A stretch of 64,000 nt of DNA, taken from Leucoraja ocellata (lineage: Eukaryota). The stretch lies in NCBI GenBank assembly GCA_036785375.1, contig JAWMAR010000030.1, positions 7,626,001 to 7,690,000 on the forward strand. The letters are read 5' to 3'. Both the position numbers and the translations under genes were made by a program. Positions 53,901-59,900 of this stretch are shown one piece after another (within the stretch, counting starts at the first letter, position 1; each line of letters starts with the position of its first letter). The notes under the pieces are model-generated. The model saw only the letters and a program-made list of their open reading frames with translations, was not told where the DNA came from and did not search any database.

Positions 53901-56900
53901 CTGCCCACACCATTCCCATGACCACTCTAACTATTTAAGACCCTGTAGGTCTGATTAAACTATAGGTTTATTTATTGCAGCTGTTGCACAAAGTGGAGTC
54001 ATCTATGAGCTATTGCTAGGCCTCAGGAGGTGGGATTAATTTTGTGTACAATTCCTCTTGCTATAAACGTCACAATGCTTCAGAAATACTTGATTGACTG
54101 TTTTGAGATGTCCTAAGGTTATTAAAGGAACTCTTGTAATGCACTTCTTGCCTCTTTCCATTGGTTACCAGATTACCTTCCTTTGGTTATCCAACAATAA
54201 ACATCACCAAAAACAGATGAAGTGGCCATTTGTCTCACTGATGTTACTGGGATTTGTCTACAAAATTGCAATTCATCAAAAATGTGCTTCAAAATACAAA
54301 TTCTCCCCTTCAGCAACTTATTTGATTGTGCTAGCCTTGTTACAAAATTCTTAAGGGGTTGGACAGGCTAGATGCAGGAAGATTGTTCCCGATGTTGGGG
54401 AAGTCCAGGACAAGGGGTCACAGCTTAAGGATAAGGGGGAAATCCTTTAAAACCGAGATGAGAAGAACTTTTTTCACACAGAGAGTGGTGAATCTCTGGA
54501 ACTCTCTGCCACAGAGGGTAGTTGAGGCCAGTTAATTGGCTATATTTAAGAGGGAGTTAGATGTGGCCCTTGTGGCTAAGGGGATCAGGGGGTATGGAGA
54601 GAAGGCAGGTACGGGATACTGAGTTGGATGATCAGCCATGATCATATTGAATGGCGGTGCAGGCTCGAAGGGCCGAATGGCCTACTCCTGCACATAATTT
54701 CTATGTTTCTATGTTATTCCAAATGCTGGGCTTTTTTGCCTGTTGTTCCAATGCATTGATTAACTGAACATTTCAAGAACAAACTATTTTTAAATTGGAA
54801 TTATTTTAGTTTAGTTTAGAGAAACAGCGTGGAAACAGGCCCTTCGGCCCACAGAGTCTGCACCAACCAGCGATCCCTGCACATTAGCACTATCCTATAC
54901 ACACTAGAGACAATTTTACATTTTGTACCTAGCCAATTAACCTGCAAACCTGTAAGTCTTTGGAGTGTGGGAAGAAACCAAAGATGTGGGGAGAAACTGA
55001 AGATCTCGGAGAACACCCACGGGGTTACGGGGAGAATGTACAAACTCCGCACAGACAACACCCATTGTTGGGATCAAACCCGGGTCTCTGGTACTGTAAG
55101 CGTTGTAAGGGAGCAACTCTACCGCTGCGCCACAGTGCCGCCCGGGATGTACTGGAAGAATAGCAAAAATGACCAGCAGTCCTTTGAGGGGATAATGCAA
55201 TGATACAAAGCCACAATTAATGATCACTGCTTATGGCTCAGTATATCAGCACTGTTAAAGGTAGTCTTGAACCTGAGCACTTCAAGGAATAGTTTTCAAA
55301 GAGTCATCTTAAATGTTGTAAATGTTTGGCTTTACAAAGCAGAAGGCTTGCAAAGGGTACAGAAATGAAAATCAAACTTTTGGGCACCTCAAAAATGGAA
55401 CAAAAATTTGTGACTTTAAAGAACAAATTCAGCGATTTCTAGAACAGCCGATGTTGGTTTACAAAAAATGACACAAAGTACTGGAGTAACTCAGTCGGCC
55501 TGGCAGCATCTCTGGAGAACCTGGATAGGTGACCCGAAATGCCACCCATTCATTCTACCCACCAAATTACTCCAGCACTTTGGGTCTTTTTTTAATGAGT
55601 GAATTCTAACTTGCTTTCATTTTACGGTACGTTGCTGTAATCTGTGCAATTTGTAGTGCAGACACCAGCTATTGCAAGCACAGAAGAAATGACACATGCC
55701 AGCAGATAAAAGTGCATCTAGTTTGGAATGAATAGCTGTGACTTAAAGGCATAGACTGGAACTTTAAAATATATGCACAACAGCGTGACTGTCTCTCTGG
55801 TTAATGTGGAAACATGTGCGGCCATTTTCTACATTGCAAGCTCACTCTCATTCATTACTGCTACACATGGGACTAGTTGCACTGGTGATGTTATTTGTTC
55901 CTGTACACTCCTTTATAATTTGAATTACTTTGTATAGATAAAATATATATAAACCATTTTTTTGCTGTTCATTATGGTGTTTACAGAGTAGTACTGCATG
56001 TTGACACATCTGTTGTGCTGATGCAAGTAAGAATTTCATTGTTCCGTTTCAGGACATATGACAATAAAACACTTGACTCAGTCCGTGTGAACCTATCATT
56101 TTAGCCAATTAATAAATGCATTTCTAAACTTCACAAGTTTATTCTTCAATATGTTAAATTCAGAATTGCAACTTACCTTTTCTCCTTTAAGACCAATGTA
56201 TCCCTTTAGAAAGCAACAACACAATGTGATAATATTAGGGAGCTTAAAAACATTGCAACAAAGAACAGATGGAGGTCATTACACCCCCAGGACTGATTTG
56301 CATTCAGTGAGATCATGGTTGACCTGTGATTGTAATTTGTTATATTTATCCTTTTCCAAGATATCATAATTCTCACAGTTATCAATGACAAAATATATGA
56401 AATTGGTAATTTTGCAGCATCAAGTGTTGCCTATGGAACAGTTCCACATCGCCTAGCCCTCTCCGTGTAAATGTGTTCCCTCGCATTCTATCAGTCTTTT
56501 TGATTATTTGTACCTCTTAATGTAATAGCGATCTCTGGACAAAGTTGCTTGGGGGCACCACGTTTTCTAGTTTTTTCACCCAGAGAGTTGTGAATCTGTG
56601 GAATTCTCTGCCTCAGAAGACTGTGGAGGCCAATTCTCTGGATGCTTTCAAGAGAGAGTTAGATAGAGCTCTTAAAATTGGCGGAGTCAAGGGATATGGG
56701 GAGAAGGCAGGAACAGGGTACTGTTTGTGGATGATCAGCCATGATCACTGTGAATGGCGGTGCTGGCCCGAAGGGCCGAATGGCCTATTCCTGCACCCTT
56801 TGTCTTTTATTGTTTCAAACAAATATGACAGTTTACTCAGGACCTCTAAGGCTTAAAATTTTAAATAGATGATATTATCTCTTATTATTGCAGACTTGCT

Positions 56901-59900
56901 CACCTTTTCACCTTTTGGACCAGGTGAGCCCTGCAAAAACATAAAATTAAGTTAGAACTTGAATGTGGATCGTAAAGTTTACTCCCTGTAAAATATGAGA
57001 GGGTGCTTTTCGAATCTTGAACAAAAGTGCAGAAGTGATGAAATTCTGCAGAGGTATTTAAAATCACGTCACATGGTAGGAAATGCTGAATGTAAAGATT
57101 TACATGTAAAAAATTGCAAGACACAGACTCCCATTTCAGAAACTTCAGAGAAGTTGGAAATAATATCCAAAAATATCTGATAATAGTTATTTCACAATTT
57201 CGCCAGATAGTGGTAAGCATTAGTCATTCATGCTGCTGATAAAATTCAACTTGCTAGGAAATAAATATATGAGATTTTGGTTTGTACTTTGGATCTGCAA
57301 CTAAAGATTCCGTGGCTGCATACTGCATACTGCCTATGGGGCTTAAGTTTTGATTTGTGTCTCCAACACTTGAAGCCAGATCACAAATGTCAGTTAGCAA
57401 AATGTAACCCATATTATCTAATTGTTTACACATGCACTCAAATATTCATGTATCAACTTGTATGCATATGGTTTCTTCAACAGCAGTGGGTGTACAATGC
57501 ACATCAAACAATCCTAACAGAGTCCACCAAATAAAGGATTCAATTCAAATTCAATTCAATTAGCTGGAAAGGGTACAGAGAGGATTTACAAGGATGCTGC
57601 CAGGGCCAGAGGGTCTGGGCTATAGGGAGAGGTTAAGGAGGCTGGGACTGTATTCATTTGGAGCACAGGAGGATGAGGGACATGTTGGTCCAAAGGGCCT
57701 GTTTCCACACTCTATCACTCAATGACTTTGACTCTAAAAGTTGAAGAAGGGTCTTGACCCGAAAGGTCACCCATTCCTTCTCTTCAGAAATGCTGCCTGC
57801 TCCGTTGAGTTACTCCAACATTTTTTGTCTATCTTCGGTGTACACCAGCACCTGCAGTTCCTTCCTACACAGATAACTTAAGCTGCCTTTGTTGGTCCAA
57901 CGCTCGATGAAGATGGATAACATTTTGCATGCACCTTCTTAAAGGAAAGCTACTTTGATTTTTGTTATACCTACCATGTCACCTTTAGATCCAGCTTTCC
58001 CCTGAAAAAGCAAAAATAAAATATTAAACAACAGAACACGGACAAAAAGAATATTGCAAATTTATTTTTATTTTCCAACTCCCGCTCCCCAACTTATGAA
58101 ATCAGATGAAAAATATACAAGGAATGAATGTCCCAAGCCCATGTCCACATATGTGCTACGTTGTTTTACTCAGACATTACTGCTTTGAGCCTTCTACTAT
58201 GATATACCATGAGCACATAATCAAACGTTTCATTCATCAATTCAACAATCACTTTAATAAAAACGTCTGTAAGAACAGTATTCCTTTGATTAAAACGTGA
58301 AAAGGCAGAATTGCCCATTTAGCTAATGTAGCCAAATGTTTCTAAGTGCAATGAATTGACTGAGGATTTCAACTTTAAATGAAAGTTCACAACCAAAGCC
58401 AAGTTCAAAGATGTTAGATCAGCTGCTAGACTGATTTTTCTTCATATCAATGTATGTTTGAAATTCCAATCCCGCCAATTTGTGTATCAAACTTGAAAGG
58501 TTAGATGTTCACACAATGGGTAGTTGTGGATAATATATTGCAGTACTACTGAGATCAAAACAACAGCATATTGTGAGCACATTAAAGCTTGGAAATGGGC
58601 TCCAGCCAGATCGCCAGATATCAAATGCCACCAGCAAGCGATATTGAACAAGAAGGCAAAGCGCAATAGATTTAACATTGTGGTTCTCAATGTTTCAAAT
58701 TATTCTGAAATGTTTTGTCTCAATGTATTATATAATAAAAACACATTGAAGACTGATCACTTGCCAAGCACTGAGCAGTCCAGGGCTCACCATGAGGGGT
58801 TCCCAACCATGTCTTCATTTTGAATTAATCATTGGCTTTAGTTGTGGACTTCCATTGCAATATATCCCCCTGTCCTCACTCCATACCTCAGTCCTGAGGA
58901 GGGGTCATAGTATCTTCTGATCCATTTGGCCAGAAGATTTAACCATCCCTTTGAATGTGTTAGCCTGGCTAGTTCAATACCTATACATGGAAATTCAACC
59001 TTGGGACCAAGATGAAGTTTTGTAGCCCAGATGAAGTTTGGCGCTAAGGGTGTCTAAGAGTTTCTCAGAATTAAATAAAATCTCACAGAGTAACCCAGGA
59101 GATGAATGTATCTGTCAATACAGATCATGGATTGAACCAGACTGATGCTGCACGTGATCTCAGGGACAAATAGCAATGGACAACAAATCCTAGCTTTGCA
59201 CATAGCCTGAGAGGGATTAAAAATGATGGAGACTGTTTTTGCTATTGCCTGATTTGATTTGGTCTAAAACCAACACCACTCTCTTAACACCTTCTGATGT
59301 GGACAAGTAATCCAATATGTTGTGGAGTTGCAGGGAAAGGAATAAATATGAGGCACATGCACACGCACAAAAGCTGGTACGGAATGTTTTTTATGATGTT
59401 ACATAATCTTATAACAATATATAGAAAAATGAAATACTTACAGATTTACCATCCAAACCTATAGGGCCCTTCAAAATAAATTAAACATTGATGAATACAA
59501 ATTTAGAATCAAAATGTTTCACAATATAAAATTTAAGGCAGTTGATTATTTTCAAAGACATTTCAGCATCAATGTGACTCTGAATCCATTAGTTGAATCG
59601 AGCAGTGGAAGAGTTAGTACACAAACATAGAAGCAGAGAAGATGCTCTTTTCCAGACTTGTTTAGTCACCAGCATTTTGTTAAGATGCAGATTTTAGCTG
59701 GCTCCCATCAGCTGGTAGTGAAGTGTGTAAAGCACGCTCAAACCTGGTCAGTTTATTGTTTCAATATGTTCACCAAAAAATAAGAAAAAAGACAAACGGA
59801 AGCAGCTTGGCAAATTGAACACAACACAGCTGGCAAGAAATGAATATGTTAAATGGTAAATCATTTCTGACAATATTAACTGTTAAAATATATTTTTCCA

